From NCBI GenBank assembly GCA_964619585.1, contig CAZUCO010000003.1, positions 11,304 to 75,303 on the forward strand: a stretch of DNA of 64,000 bases. Reading direction: 5' to 3'. The position numbers were made by a program, and so were the translations under genes. The DNA is from an uncultured Candidatus Saccharibacteria bacterium. Lineage in GTDB: Bacteria > Patescibacteriota > Saccharimonadia > Saccharimonadales > Saccharimonadaceae. Shown one piece after another: positions 42,872-52,873 of the stretch. The notes under the pieces are model-generated. The model saw nothing but the letters and a program-made list of their open reading frames with translations, was not told the origin of the DNA and made no database searches. The stretch's first letter is position 1. Each line of letters opens with the position of its first letter.

Positions 42872-45109
42872 TTAGAATCCGTCGCCGCTGTCTTCTGACT
42901 CATCGATACTCGAGATCAATACTTCACGCGGCCGAGCACCATCGGCAGGACCCACCACACCTTGCTCTTCCATCTCCTCGATAATCCTTGCTGCTCTTGC
43001 ATACCCCACACGTAGTCGCCGCTGGAGCAGGCTTGTCGAAGCTTTGCCGCTCTCAACTACCACCCTGAGGGCGTCTTTGTAGAGATCGTCACCACTTCCG
43101 CCATCAAAGTCCATTACAACACCACCCTTACCATTGAGCTGTACGGGCTGTGAAACAATCTCGTCGTTGTACTGCGGCGCAGATTGATCACGCAGATGAT
43201 CAGTGATCTTAATAACTTCTTCGTCCATTACCCACGCACCCTGGATACGTTTTGGCTTGCCCATATCGGCGGTCTTCATGAGCATGTCGCCCTGTCCTAG
43301 GAGTTTCTCGGCACCAACCTGGTCAAGAATAGTCCTTGAATCAATCTGCGACGCAACGGTAAAGGCGATACGTGCCGGCACGTTTGCCTTTATAAGCCCG
43401 GTAATGACGTCAACACTTGGGCGCTGCGTGGCAAGTACAAGATGAATACCAACTGCACGAGCTTTCTGCGCCAGTCGTACGATCAGCGCCTCGACATCGC
43501 GTGCGGCCACCATCATAAGATCAGCCAACTCGTCGATCACAACTACAATGTACGGCATCGCACCGTCTTCGACTTGCTGCTTGTGGCCTTCCTCGTCCTC
43601 AACCGCAATTTTGGTTGCACCACTTGCTACCTTTTTGTTGTAGCTGGCGATATCGCGCACTTTTTCTTCAGCAAGTAACTTGTAGCGTCGTTCCATTTCG
43701 TTAACCGCCCACTTGAGCGCACTGATTGTCTTCTCCGGTTCGGTGATTACTGGGGTGAGAAGATGCGGAATATCTTCATACGGCGCCATCTCAACCTGCT
43801 TTGGATCAACAAGTATCAGCTTCATTTCACTCGGGCTATTTCGGTACAGGAGGCTGGTAAGGAGTGTGTTGATCATCACCGACTTACCAGAGCCAGTCTG
43901 ACCAGCAATCAAAAGGTGGGGCATTTTGTTGAGCTTGCCAACCACGGCATCACCAGAAATATCGCGACCGATTGCAAACCCAAGTGGTTCATGCGCTGTT
44001 TGCCACTGCTTCGACTCCAGGATTCCTCGAAGACGGACATCGGCTGCCTTGCGATTCGGCACTTCGATACCAACCGCTCGTTGACCAGGAATTGGTGCCT
44101 CGATACGAAGGCTTTGTGCAGCCAAGTTGAGAGCAATATTTGTTTCAAGTGCCGAGATACGGGTAAGCTTCACACCAGCCGGCGGTTTCAGTGTATACTG
44201 CGTTACCTTTGGTCCAATATTAGCACCTTCCATCTCAACATCGATACTAAACTCTGCCAAAGTGTCTTTGATCGTCTGAGCATTGTGCTGTACGTCACCC
44301 GCATCAGCTGGATTTTGCTTCTTTTCGAGTAGGTCAAGGCTTGGTGATTTCCAGTTTGGATCGGTAACCGCAACAAGAGCTGCCTGTTCTTCAGCAGCTT
44401 TATCACTCGCCACACTGCTCTTAAGGCTCGATAGTCGTGCTGCCTTTTTGCTTTCGTTTGGATCAAGCGTCGGCACACCAGCATTGAGCTTAAACTCACC
44501 AATATCGCTTGATTTTGGTGCATCAGCGCTTGCGGCCTTCTTCATCACGGCCACGTTTTTAGCGTCTTCCTCACTCACTCTACTCAGCTCACGAACCTTT
44601 TCGATGATACTAGCTGGCGATATCCTCAGTACAAATAGCAGTGTAATAGCGATGAGAAGAATATAGATAAAGATAGCTACTCCGCTATCGACCATAGACA
44701 GCATGGCACTATTGAGTATCATGCCGACGAATCCACCACCTTCATTTTGCCACGCTCCGCCTTTTATCACCCCGAATAACCCCGCACACCAAGCGATCAA
44801 TGCAATAGTGGCAAATTTCATAACAAACGGGAGACGGTTTTCTTCCGCGCGAAATATCTCAATAGCGACATAACTAAAGATGAATGGAAGCGTATAAGTA
44901 GCCCATCCAAATGTTGTTAACATTGCTCCTTGGAGCCATTCCATAACTGGCCCGCCAACACCAAACCACGCGATAATCAGCAAGATCGAAAAAGCGATCA
45001 GTGCAACGGCACCAACCTGGCCCCAAAAACCCGCCGGCAATGTGTGCTGTGGCGAAGCGACTTTCTTGGTGCTTTTTCTCTTTCTTGAGGTGTTTCTTTT
45101 CTTTGCCAT
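42872..45109 (-). CDS. ftsK: DNA translocase FtsK
   Basis: Four N-terminal TM helices, a linker, the motor domain with Walker A GQTGSGKSV and a C-terminal gamma wHTH domain (TSLLQRRLRVGYARAARIIEEME). Confidence 0.9.
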   Translation of the reverse strand: MAKKRNTSRKRKSTKKVASPQHTLPAGFWGQVGAVALIAFSILLIIAWFGVGGPVMEWLQGAMLTTFGWATYTLPFIFSYVAIEIFRAEENRLPFVMKFATIALIAWCAGLFGVIKGGAWQNEGGGFVGMILNSAMLSMVDSGVAIFIYILLIAITLLFVLRISPASIIEKVRELSRVSEEDAKNVAVMKKAASADAPKSSDIGEFKLNAGVPTLDPNESKKAARLSSLKSSVASDKAAEEQAALVAVTDPNWKSPSLDLLEKKQNPADAGDVQHNAQTIKDTLAEFSIDVEMEGANIGPKVTQYTLKPPAGVKLTRISALETNIALNLAAQSLRIEAPIPGQRAVGIEVPNRKAADVRLRGILESKQWQTAHEPLGFAIGRDISGDAVVGKLNKMPHLLIAGQTGSGKSVMINTLLTSLLYRNSPSEMKLILVDPKQVEMAPYEDIPHLLTPVITEPEKTISALKWAVNEMERRYKLLAEEKVRDIASYNKKVASGATKIAVEDEEGHKQQVEDGAMPYIVVVIDELADLMMVAARDVEALIVRLAQKARAVGIHLVLATQRPSVDVITGLIKANVPARIAFTVASQIDSRTILDQVGAEKLLGQGDMLMKTADMGKPKRIQGAWVMDEEVIKITDHLRDQSAPQYNDEIVSQPVQLNGKGGVVMDFDGGSGDDLYKDALRVVVESGKASTSLLQRRLRVGYARAARIIEEMEEQGVVGPADGARPREVLISSIDESEDSGDGF

Positions 45110-45330
45110 AACTATTTTGATTATAACCCAATGAGACGAGACAAATGAAAGCTTACTTTCATTTCCGAGTGAGGCTGGGTTTCAATTGTTTAACCTATTA
45201 AACAATTATACCTTTCTCGACATCTACCTGTCGACTAGCGTATTACAAATCTATTGTAGCATAATTTACTACAAATTGCAAGATATCATGTTACCCCGAG
45301 AAGGAAATGGAGGTTTTGCCTCCTCCTTAT

Positions 45331-47448
45331 TTAATATCCGCGGTTCTCGGCGTTACGACGCGGCATAGTCACTTCGCTGTCGGGTACCTGAGCTGGTGGA
45401 AATTTTTTTGCCGTTGGACGTTGGAATGAGCCATTTTGTCGGTCGTTTGACTTACCCTGACCGTTTTGAGGTTTCTGGCCACCACCAATCTCGTTGATCA
45501 CAGGGATTACAATTGGTGTACGGCGAGTCTGGTCGTAGAGAATATGAGTAATCTCGTCCTTAAGCTCTTTTTTGATCTGGTCGAGGTCAAACTTCTTGCC
45601 ACCAAAACTACGAGCTACCTTCTGTTTGAGATATTGACGGATCAGACCCATCAATTCCTCAGAGTCACGCAAATAGATGAAGCCACGACTGATGATATCT
45701 GGACTGGTCAAGAGACGTCCAGTACCTCGCTGTACGGTCAGTACTACGACAAACATACCTTCAGCAGCCATGTGAATACGGTCCTTTAGCACTACCTCAC
45801 TTACAATCGCACCGCTGTCATCATACATGATACCGCCCACAGGTATACGGCCAGCCTTTTTGGCGCCCTCAGCCGTGATCTCAATAACATCACCGCTATC
45901 ACATACAAAGATGTTGTCACGCGGAATCGCACATTCTTTTTCAGCCAGACGAGCATTGTGTACGAGCATATGGAATTCACCATGGATTGGCATATAGTAG
46001 GTTGGGTTGAGTGCGTTGATTAACTTAACGTGGTCATCGTAGTAGCCGTGACCAGAAAGGTGAAGCGGACCAACACCCGTAAGGTGGGTCTTGCCGTTTT
46101 GGATCACTTCAGAGCCTTCACGCATGAGTCCATCAACAGTACGAACAACGTACTTTTCATTACCTGGGATAGGGTTTGAGCTAAACACGACAACGTCACT
46201 GTTTTTGATCTTGATAAACTTGTGAGCTCCAGACGCCATACGGTTAAGTACTGCGTTGAATTCACCCTGTGAACCAGTACAAACAATCGTCACCTTTCCG
46301 TCAGGGAATTTCACAATGTCTTCCATCTTGACGACAACGTCCTTCGGCACCTTGATCACACCAGCGCGTAGTGCTACCTCTAGGTTCTGGATCATACTGT
46401 ATCCAGCAAATGCTACTTTGCGATCATGCTTCTTCGCCTCTTCAAGAATCACCTGCATACGATGGATCTGAGAGCTAAAGCAACTTAGAATCAAACGAGA
46501 GCTTGGATACTTTGTCATCACTTCACCCAGGCTGTGTTGAATATCGAATTCACCATGAGTATGAGTACCGTCGCTTTCGCAGTTAGTACTCTCGTTCATA
46601 AGAAGCAAGATACCTTCTTTGGTTGCGATCTCTGTGAGTCGCTCAAGGTCAAACTTCTTGCCGTCGACTGGATTCTCCTCAAATCGCCAGTCACCCGTGT
46701 CAACAAGTACACCGAGAGGTGTACGAACAACAACTGCAGTTGCATCAGGGATCGAGTGGTTCACACGAACGAGCTCGATACTAAATGAGTCACCAAGCTG
46801 CACGCGCTCATGCGCTTCAGGATTCAGCTCGTAGTACTCTGGTTCGTAGCCACTCTGACTTTCTTCCATTGTACGCTTGAGCATGCCAAGGGTGAATCTA
46901 CTTGCATAAACTGGGGCTGGAATCTGGTGAATCAAGTGTCGGAATGCACCAATATGGTCAAGGTGCCCGTGAGTAAATACGACGCCTCTAATCTTGTGCT
47001 TGTTCTCGAGCAAGTAGGTAATATCCGGAGTGATGTAATTGATTCCAGGGTAGTCCCCGCCTGGGAACAAGAATCCCATGTCAATGATGACGATATCGTT
47101 GTCATATTCGATCGCCATCATATTTTTACCGATACCCATTTCACCAAGACCACCAATTGGCATAATCTTTAGCTTTGGACCTTTTGTCGGACGCTGACCT
47201 TTTTGGTCTGCCAGGCTAAACTGTCGCCCACCGTAACCGTTGTATAGGCTCTTGTTTACCGGAACATTGATGATGTGCTGCGAAGCACGCAGATTAACAT
47301 CCTCAGACGTGCGACGCTGAGCACGGAATACCTCACCACGGCGAGTATTCGTATTGTTCAGAACTGTGTTGTCTGATTTTTTCTTTTGCGTTCCAGGCCG
47401 CTTTGACATATCATCTGCCTGCGGCTTCGCGAGTCGTCGTTGACCCAT
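45331..47448 (-). CDS. rnj: Ribonuclease J with basic N- and C-terminal extensions
   Basis: MBL/beta-CASP core: IGGLGEMGIGKNMMAIEYDNDIVIIDMG and THGHLDHIGA. The basic N-terminal extension is about 95 aa. Confidence 0.85.
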   Translation of the reverse strand: MGQRRLAKPQADDMSKRPGTQKKKSDNTVLNNTNTRRGEVFRAQRRTSEDVNLRASQHIINVPVNKSLYNGYGGRQFSLADQKGQRPTKGPKLKIMPIGGLGEMGIGKNMMAIEYDNDIVIIDMGFLFPGGDYPGINYITPDITYLLENKHKIRGVVFTHGHLDHIGAFRHLIHQIPAPVYASRFTLGMLKRTMEESQSGYEPEYYELNPEAHERVQLGDSFSIELVRVNHSIPDATAVVVRTPLGVLVDTGDWRFEENPVDGKKFDLERLTEIATKEGILLLMNESTNCESDGTHTHGEFDIQHSLGEVMTKYPSSRLILSCFSSQIHRMQVILEEAKKHDRKVAFAGYSMIQNLEVALRAGVIKVPKDVVVKMEDIVKFPDGKVTIVCTGSQGEFNAVLNRMASGAHKFIKIKNSDVVVFSSNPIPGNEKYVVRTVDGLMREGSEVIQNGKTHLTGVGPLHLSGHGYYDDHVKLINALNPTYYMPIHGEFHMLVHNARLAEKECAIPRDNIFVCDSGDVIEITAEGAKKAGRIPVGGIMYDDSGAIVSEVVLKDRIHMAAEGMFVVVLTVQRGTGRLLTSPDIISRGFIYLRDSEELMGLIRQYLKQKVARSFGGKKFDLDQIKKELKDEITHILYDQTRRTPIVIPVINEIGGGQKPQNGQGKSNDRQNGSFQRPTAKKFPPAQVPDSEVTMPRRNAENRGY

Positions 47449-47663
47449 AAATTGTTTTTCTCCTTTTTGATTAGAAAAATTGATAATTTCATAAGTAGGA
47501 CTTACAGGGGTATTTCGGAATAGTATTGGATCATTCCCCTGACTACAGTGGTCTCATTATAGCAAATCTGCGGCGTTTTGGCAAGATCATCTACAAGGAG
47601 AAGCCCTCCGCTGCTACCTGCAAACGGAGGGAGATGGTAACTAAAAAGTATAATTTTTCCGTG

Positions 47664-48239
47664 CTATCCAAGATCGGCACGCTTTGCCGCTGCTAGGAAA
47701 TCGTCGATTAGGACTTGTCGCATACCCCCGTTATATAGCGCAGCAGCTGGGTGGTAGAGCGGTATAACGAGGAATTCACTATCGTGGTACTTCACCACTC
47801 GCCCATGACCGTGATCGCGTGAAATTACAAGGTCCGGAATAAAACACATGCCGCTGTGCCGACCGAGCGTAATAATAACTTTTGGCTGAATGATCTCAAG
47901 CTGACGCATAAGATAAGGCCAAAATTCACGTTTTTCTTCCGGACTTGGGTCACGATTGTTCGGGGGTCGGTACTTCACAATGTTCGTGATATAGATATCG
48001 CTTCGCTTCATGCCAGCAGCCGCGAGCATCTCATTGAGAAACCTGCCACTTGCACCAACAAATGGCAATCCCTGTTCATCCTCTGCCCGACCCGGCGCTT
48101 CACCAATAAATACGATATCGGCATTTGGGTTGCCATCCCCCATCACAAAGTTTGTAGCCTGTGACGCAAGATCATTACAGACGCCCGTCTTCACTATCTC
48201 GGACGCAAGCTCAGCCAGACGACTCGCTTGATCTCCCAT
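47664..48239 (-). CDS. Uracil-DNA glycosylase, family 4
   Basis: IVFIGEAPGRAEDEQGLPFVGASGRFL and HPAAALYN are family-4 UDG motifs. Confidence 0.85.
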   Translation of the reverse strand: MGDQASRLAELASEIVKTGVCNDLASQATNFVMGDGNPNADIVFIGEAPGRAEDEQGLPFVGASGRFLNEMLAAAGMKRSDIYITNIVKYRPPNNRDPSPEEKREFWPYLMRQLEIIQPKVIITLGRHSGMCFIPDLVISRDHGHGRVVKYHDSEFLVIPLYHPAAALYNGGMRQVLIDDFLAAAKRADLG

Positions 48240-48243
48240 ATAG

Positions 48244-49152
48244 TTAGTACTGCTCAGCTACTTTTGTTGCCACAACTCGGTGAAGTAGACCAAGTGCACC
48301 CTCGACGTCCGATTGTTTGAGTTGCTGACGAAATGCAGTATCAATTGCTGAGTTTGCGCTCCGCACGTCACTATATGCACGGATCATATCAGATTGAAGT
48401 GTGTAGTATTTGGTTCGGTCGTCGGCTTTGCTCGCCGCTGTCATTTGTACGAGAATACTACGCATCTTAGTGATACTAGCCGATGCCTTATCCACCGCCT
48501 CCCCAAACGTCTTGCTATCTGCATCCTTCAAACGAGTTAGTGCTGCCTGGCAAGGCTGGACGGCACGATCAAAACGTGTCACATCTTCCGCTGCACCACG
48601 AAAAGACGACGAGTAAATTGATGAGCTGAAGTTTGATGACTGACATTTATCATGTGCATCATTGAGCACCTCAATTGACGGAAGGAGTTTGTCTATCTGG
48701 GCGAGGAAAAGATCATTCTTTGTCTTAAAATTGTCATACGCACGCTTTACTTCGTCGTCCTTAAGCGCCTTTAGTTCACCAAGCTCCTTAGCCTGAGCCT
48801 TGTAGCGACCAAAAGAGGTATTGAATCGCTCGACTGATGATCTTGATGAGTTGTAGCCACCAATACCGTTCCCATAGAGGGAGAGGTTGAGACGCATCGA
48901 GGAATAACTCGAACGTACTGACGTAACAGCCGTAGCTGCTTTTCTGTAATCATTCTTGGAAACACCCCCAGACCAAAATACTACCCCTGCAAGAATCAAG
49001 CCTACGATCAGTAGAAAAACAATTCCAAGGCCAATACCTAAACCGACGATTACTTTCTTACTTGGATCATCTGGATTCGGCTGGTCCTGAGGGGGCAGCT
49101 TCGCTGGCACTGGGGCCTTGGGTGCAGATGTTGTTGGTGTGTTGCTTTCCAT
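48244..49152 (-). CDS. N-terminally anchored extracytoplasmic helical protein (paralog A)
   Basis: Pro-rich N-terminus, the TM helix VIVGLGIGLGIVFLLIVGLILAGVVFW and a helical domain. It resembles the adjacent gene (LKALKDDEVKRAYDNFKTK versus LRGSKAVRDAEVKKAFDTYAKA). Confidence 0.45.
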   Translation of the reverse strand: MESNTPTTSAPKAPVPAKLPPQDQPNPDDPSKKVIVGLGIGLGIVFLLIVGLILAGVVFWSGGVSKNDYRKAATAVTSVRSSYSSMRLNLSLYGNGIGGYNSSRSSVERFNTSFGRYKAQAKELGELKALKDDEVKRAYDNFKTKNDLFLAQIDKLLPSIEVLNDAHDKCQSSNFSSSIYSSSFRGAAEDVTRFDRAVQPCQAALTRLKDADSKTFGEAVDKASASITKMRSILVQMTAASKADDRTKYYTLQSDMIRAYSDVRSANSAIDTAFRQQLKQSDVEGALGLLHRVVATKVAEQY

Positions 49153-49172
49153 AATTTCCTCCTGTCTGGTCC

Positions 49173-49985
49173 CTATTTGGCTTTTTTATTCAGCAACTCA
49201 ATGAGCTTTGTCAGTTCTCCGTGCAAGATAGCGTCATTACCATACTTCACTACGGCACTCGATGGACTAATCTTGCTGCTACTGTACTTATCCCCAATTG
49301 CATCAAGACGAACAGCAGCCTGAGGCACGGTTAGCGTACCCTTATTCACTGCATCAAACACTACTTGACGCTCGGCGACTAATGCCTTGAACTTTGTCGC
49401 ATAGGCTGCATATGGCAGTGGTGACTTTTCAAGCTTTCCTAGATCAACCAAACAATTTTTTGAAGCCGTCGAGTGAGCAGCGGCAAGCTCTTTGACGTTT
49501 TTTACCTTGCTGCCTATTTCATAAATCGCCTGACATGTCACAAGTGATGAGCGATAGACCGGATAAACCTCTGAGAAATCGTGCAGATACTTCTGGTAAC
49601 GTGCTTCTGCTTTCGCATAGGTATCAAACGCCTTTTTGACTTCTGCATCGCGTACTGCCTTACTTCCGCGTAACTCCTCTACAGCCTTGTTTCTCTTGTC
49701 AGCAAGGTCCATAACCTTTTGTCGATCTTTGCTTACCGCATCAACCAGCTGTTGCTGCGACTTACCGACTCGAGACTCGATAGTCGTTGCATTTGCAAAT
49801 GTTCTTAGCTGATCGAGGGCTTTGTATTCTTTTATCTTGTCAGTTGTTTTCTTGGCCGTAGCAAAATCAGCCTTGCTTGGCGGCATCCATAGCGTAAGCC
49901 ATAGGACAAGCAGCAACACGCCCACTAGTAGTACAAATCCAGCAATTCCTCCAGCTAACAAAAGTTTCGTCTTCTTATTCATCAC
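49173..49985 (-). CDS. N-terminally anchored extracytoplasmic helical protein (paralog B)
   Basis: The TM helix is LLLAGGIAGFVLLVGVLLLVLWLTLW. The architecture matches 48244-49152. Confidence 0.45.
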   Translation of the reverse strand: MMNKKTKLLLAGGIAGFVLLVGVLLLVLWLTLWMPPSKADFATAKKTTDKIKEYKALDQLRTFANATTIESRVGKSQQQLVDAVSKDRQKVMDLADKRNKAVEELRGSKAVRDAEVKKAFDTYAKAEARYQKYLHDFSEVYPVYRSSLVTCQAIYEIGSKVKNVKELAAAHSTASKNCLVDLGKLEKSPLPYAAYATKFKALVAERQVVFDAVNKGTLTVPQAAVRLDAIGDKYSSSKISPSSAVVKYGNDAILHGELTKLIELLNKKAK

Positions 49986-50036
49986 TACACTCCTTGGTTA
50001 TAATCCCCATTATACGCCTGGGTTCGTAGATAGCTA

Positions 50037-52148
50037 CTACTCAGCGTCTTTAAGGCTCAAGCTGAGCCGACCACGCTCATCGATACCAGTCAGCTTGACC
50101 TTTACCTCTTGACCTTCGTGAAGTACATCAGTTACTTTTTCAACTCGCTGGTCACTAAGCTGTGAAATATGTACCATGCCATCAACACCAGGCATGATGT
50201 TGATAAACGCACCGAAATCCTTGATCGATACAACTTTACCCGTATAGGTGCGGCCAACTTCCGGCTCCTCAGTCAGACTCTTAATCCAGTCGATTGCTTT
50301 TTGGATATGCTCGCCGTCTGGACTTGCTACAGTAATAAGTCCGTCCTCTTTGATGTCGATCTGTGCGCCTGTTTCGGCAGTAATCTTATTAATCACTTCA
50401 CCACCCTTACCAATGACTGCACCGATCTTGTCTGGGTTAATCTTGATCTTCTCAATACGAGGCGCATACGGACTGAGGCTTGGCTTTGGAGCTGCCAGTG
50501 TACTCATCATGTGCTCGAGGATGTGCTTTCGGCCGGGGCCCGACGCACGAATCGCTTGTGCAAGTACCTCGACTGGCAAACCATGAAGTTTCATGTCCAT
50601 CTGTACAGCCGTGATGCCCTTCTCCGTACCAGTTACCTTGAAGTCCATGTCACCTGCGAAGTCTTCAGCATCTGCAATGTCAGAAAGTACATATGGAGTG
50701 TCGCCATCCATCATCAGACCCATCGCGATACCAGATACTGGTCGTTTGAGCGGTACACCAGCGTCCATCAGGGCAAGCACTGAGCTACAAGTAGCAGCCA
50801 TCGAGGTCGAGCCGTTCTGACTCATGATCTCAGTGACGCTTCGGATTGCGTACGGGAATTCTTCCTCTGTTGGAAGTACTGGAATCACCGCGCGTTCGGC
50901 TAAGTAGCCATGGCCAATTTCGCGGCGGCCTGGGCTGCCGAGACGACGCACTTCACCAACAGTGTAGCCAGGTGCATTGTAATGATGCATGTAACGACGC
51001 TCACCGTCAGTCACTTCCATCGTGTCGACGATTTGTGCAAAGCTCAGCGGAGCCAGTGTCACAATATTCATACCTTGCGTTACACCACGCGTAAACAGGC
51101 TTGAACCGTGCGCACGTGGCAAAATACCCGTTTCACTACTAAGTGGGCGAATCTCATCGAGCTTACGACCATCCGGACGAGTTTGTGAATCTACGATGCC
51201 CTTTCGCACGTCCTTGTGAAGTGCCATAGTGAACGCTTCATCGTATTCATCACGCTGCTCAGCGTAGTCTTCACCGATCTTTTCAGCCATTTCCTCGTGG
51301 AATTTCCAACGAAGTTCATTGATCATTTCATTACGCTCTGGGTATGGATGACGGAGCTTTTCACCAAGCTTTTCATGTGCCCATTCGTCTACCGCAGCCT
51401 GGATTTCTTCGTTTGGCAGCACCAGTTCGTACTCGATTGCTTCTTTGGCTACCTTCTCGGCAAGTTCTCGCTGCAGGGCAATCGCTGGCTGCATCGCCTT
51501 GTGCGCCCATGCGATGGCTTCGATAACGACTTCTTCATCAACTTCGTTGGCTCCAGCCTCAACCATCACCACGCCGCTTTCGATACCGGCCACAACGAGG
51601 TCAAGGTCACTTTGCTCACGCTCTTCAGGAGTAAGGAAGGCTTTGAACTCACCATTTACTCGGCCTACGCGTAGACCAGCTACAGGGCCATCAAATGGCG
51701 CACCGCTGATAGATAGCGCCGCGCTTGCCGCTGTCATAGCGATCATATCTGGACGGAAGCTAGGGTCCATCGATAGTACACTGGCAACTACCTGCACCTC
51801 GGCTCGGTAGCCTTTCGGGAAGAGCGGACGGATCGGACGGTCAATAATACGACCGATCAAGATTGCTTCGTCACTTGGACGACCTTCACGCTTAATGAAG
51901 CGGCTGCCGCTAATCTTGCCAGCTGCATACATTTTTTCTTCATAGTCGACCGATAGCGGGAAATAGTCGAGCTGGATTGGCCGTGAGCCAACTTGCGTCG
52001 TACCAAGCACTACCGTCTCACCGTACCTTACGAGTACACTAGCAGTTGTACGGAAGCCAACACGGTTTACTTCAAGTGTCAGAGTACGACCCAAAAACTC
52101 AGTCGAAACAGAGGTAATTTCCTTACCATTAGGGTTTATTGTAGACAT
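50037..52148 (-). CDS. pnp: Polyribonucleotide nucleotidyltransferase (PNPase)
   Basis: Two RNase PH domains, a KH domain and an S1 domain (GRTYTGKVVSIKDFGAFINI). I moved the start to MSTINPNGKE (52148), which has the SD AAAGGAGA upstream. Confidence 0.9.
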   Translation of the reverse strand: MSTINPNGKEITSVSTEFLGRTLTLEVNRVGFRTTASVLVRYGETVVLGTTQVGSRPIQLDYFPLSVDYEEKMYAAGKISGSRFIKREGRPSDEAILIGRIIDRPIRPLFPKGYRAEVQVVASVLSMDPSFRPDMIAMTAASAALSISGAPFDGPVAGLRVGRVNGEFKAFLTPEEREQSDLDLVVAGIESGVVMVEAGANEVDEEVVIEAIAWAHKAMQPAIALQRELAEKVAKEAIEYELVLPNEEIQAAVDEWAHEKLGEKLRHPYPERNEMINELRWKFHEEMAEKIGEDYAEQRDEYDEAFTMALHKDVRKGIVDSQTRPDGRKLDEIRPLSSETGILPRAHGSSLFTRGVTQGMNIVTLAPLSFAQIVDTMEVTDGERRYMHHYNAPGYTVGEVRRLGSPGRREIGHGYLAERAVIPVLPTEEEFPYAIRSVTEIMSQNGSTSMAATCSSVLALMDAGVPLKRPVSGIAMGLMMDGDTPYVLSDIADAEDFAGDMDFKVTGTEKGITAVQMDMKLHGLPVEVLAQAIRASGPGRKHILEHMMSTLAAPKPSLSPYAPRIEKIKINPDKIGAVIGKGGEVINKITAETGAQIDIKEDGLITVASPDGEHIQKAIDWIKSLTEEPEVGRTYTGKVVSIKDFGAFINIMPGVDGMVHISQLSDQRVEKVTDVLHEGQEVKVKLTGIDERGRLSLSLKDAE

Positions 52149-52184
52149 AACTGTCTCCTTTCTTGTGCGGAGAGTAACAGGGGT

Positions 52185-52212
52185 GAAAATTCTCGTCTGA
52201 AAATTCTCGTCT
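52185..52212. repeat. Perfect 14-bp tandem repeat in the pnp 5' leader
   Basis: GAAAATTCTCGTCT occurs twice (52185-52198 and 52199-52212), between the TGCTATAAT -10 element and the pnp SD. Confidence 0.9.
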
Positions 52213-52299
52213 CTATCACCTTCCGCGTTTGCTAACAGCTTTATTATAGCATGGAGCACTCGTAGTCTCCGTCCCTTGGTCACTGTTGAATACTTATGA

Positions 52300-52824
52300 C
52301 TACAGGGTTATCGGTCGACAGTCATTAAGATATTCCTTAGTGCAAGACACATTCCTACCCGACCCGTCACTCGCTTCATCGAGCATATCATCTGTTAGGA
52401 CGGTAAGGCTTGGATTTGCCACTGCAGTATTCAATTGATACGTTCTTATTCGCCAACTCCCAGAAGCATAATCCCAGTAATAAACGAAGAATCTTACATC
52501 TATATCTGTTGATATCCTCGAAACCCCATACTGGTTCCGTCCCACACGTCTGCCCGACCCGTCGTATGCTTCTATGCCCTTGTCTGCAACCCCACCAAAA
52601 TTATTCGACTTAAGATCATCCAGTGAAGCTGGAAGTGTATTATTTGCTACGAAATACACATTCATCTTTCTATCTGCATTGCCAAGATCAACCTTGAGCA
52701 CTGATATCCTTGCTCTATTCTGTATACCGTCGTAGGCAACGATAGCTATTGCCGCCAAAATTGCTATCACAATAATTACAATGAGAAGTTCAATTAAGGT
52801 AAATCCTCTTGTGTTTTTCCTCAT
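52300..52824 (-). CDS. Orphan type IV pilin-like protein
   Basis: MRKNTRG/FTLIELLIVIIVIAILAAIAIVAY is a canonical class III signal with Glu at +5. Confidence 0.75.
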   Translation of the reverse strand: MRKNTRGFTLIELLIVIIVIAILAAIAIVAYDGIQNRARISVLKVDLGNADRKMNVYFVANNTLPASLDDLKSNNFGGVADKGIEAYDGSGRRVGRNQYGVSRISTDIDVRFFVYYWDYASGSWRIRTYQLNTAVANPSLTVLTDDMLDEASDGSGRNVSCTKEYLNDCRPITL

Positions 52825-52873
52825 ATGATTTATGATAGCATCATTGAGAGAAGTAATGCATTCAATATACTAT

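Noticed and set aside
43763-44332. Long antisense ORFs inside large genes: 43763-44332 in ftsK, 29337-29849 in pilB, 50169-50783 and 51216-51674 in pnp, 34447-35152 in the Cys-rich protein gene, and 19833-20240 in uppP.
   Set aside because: They lie entirely within, and antisense to, genes with strong family signatures. They have no independent start signals.
52149-52283. N-terminal ORF extensions of pnp (to 52283), truB (to 62184), the large pilus-operon protein (to 35214), pilM (to 32926) and pilA (to 26058).
   Set aside because: Each extension lacks an SD and runs into a promoter or leader region. Conserved N-termini or SD-preceded ATGs lie downstream at 52148, 62049, 35088, 32887 and 26046.
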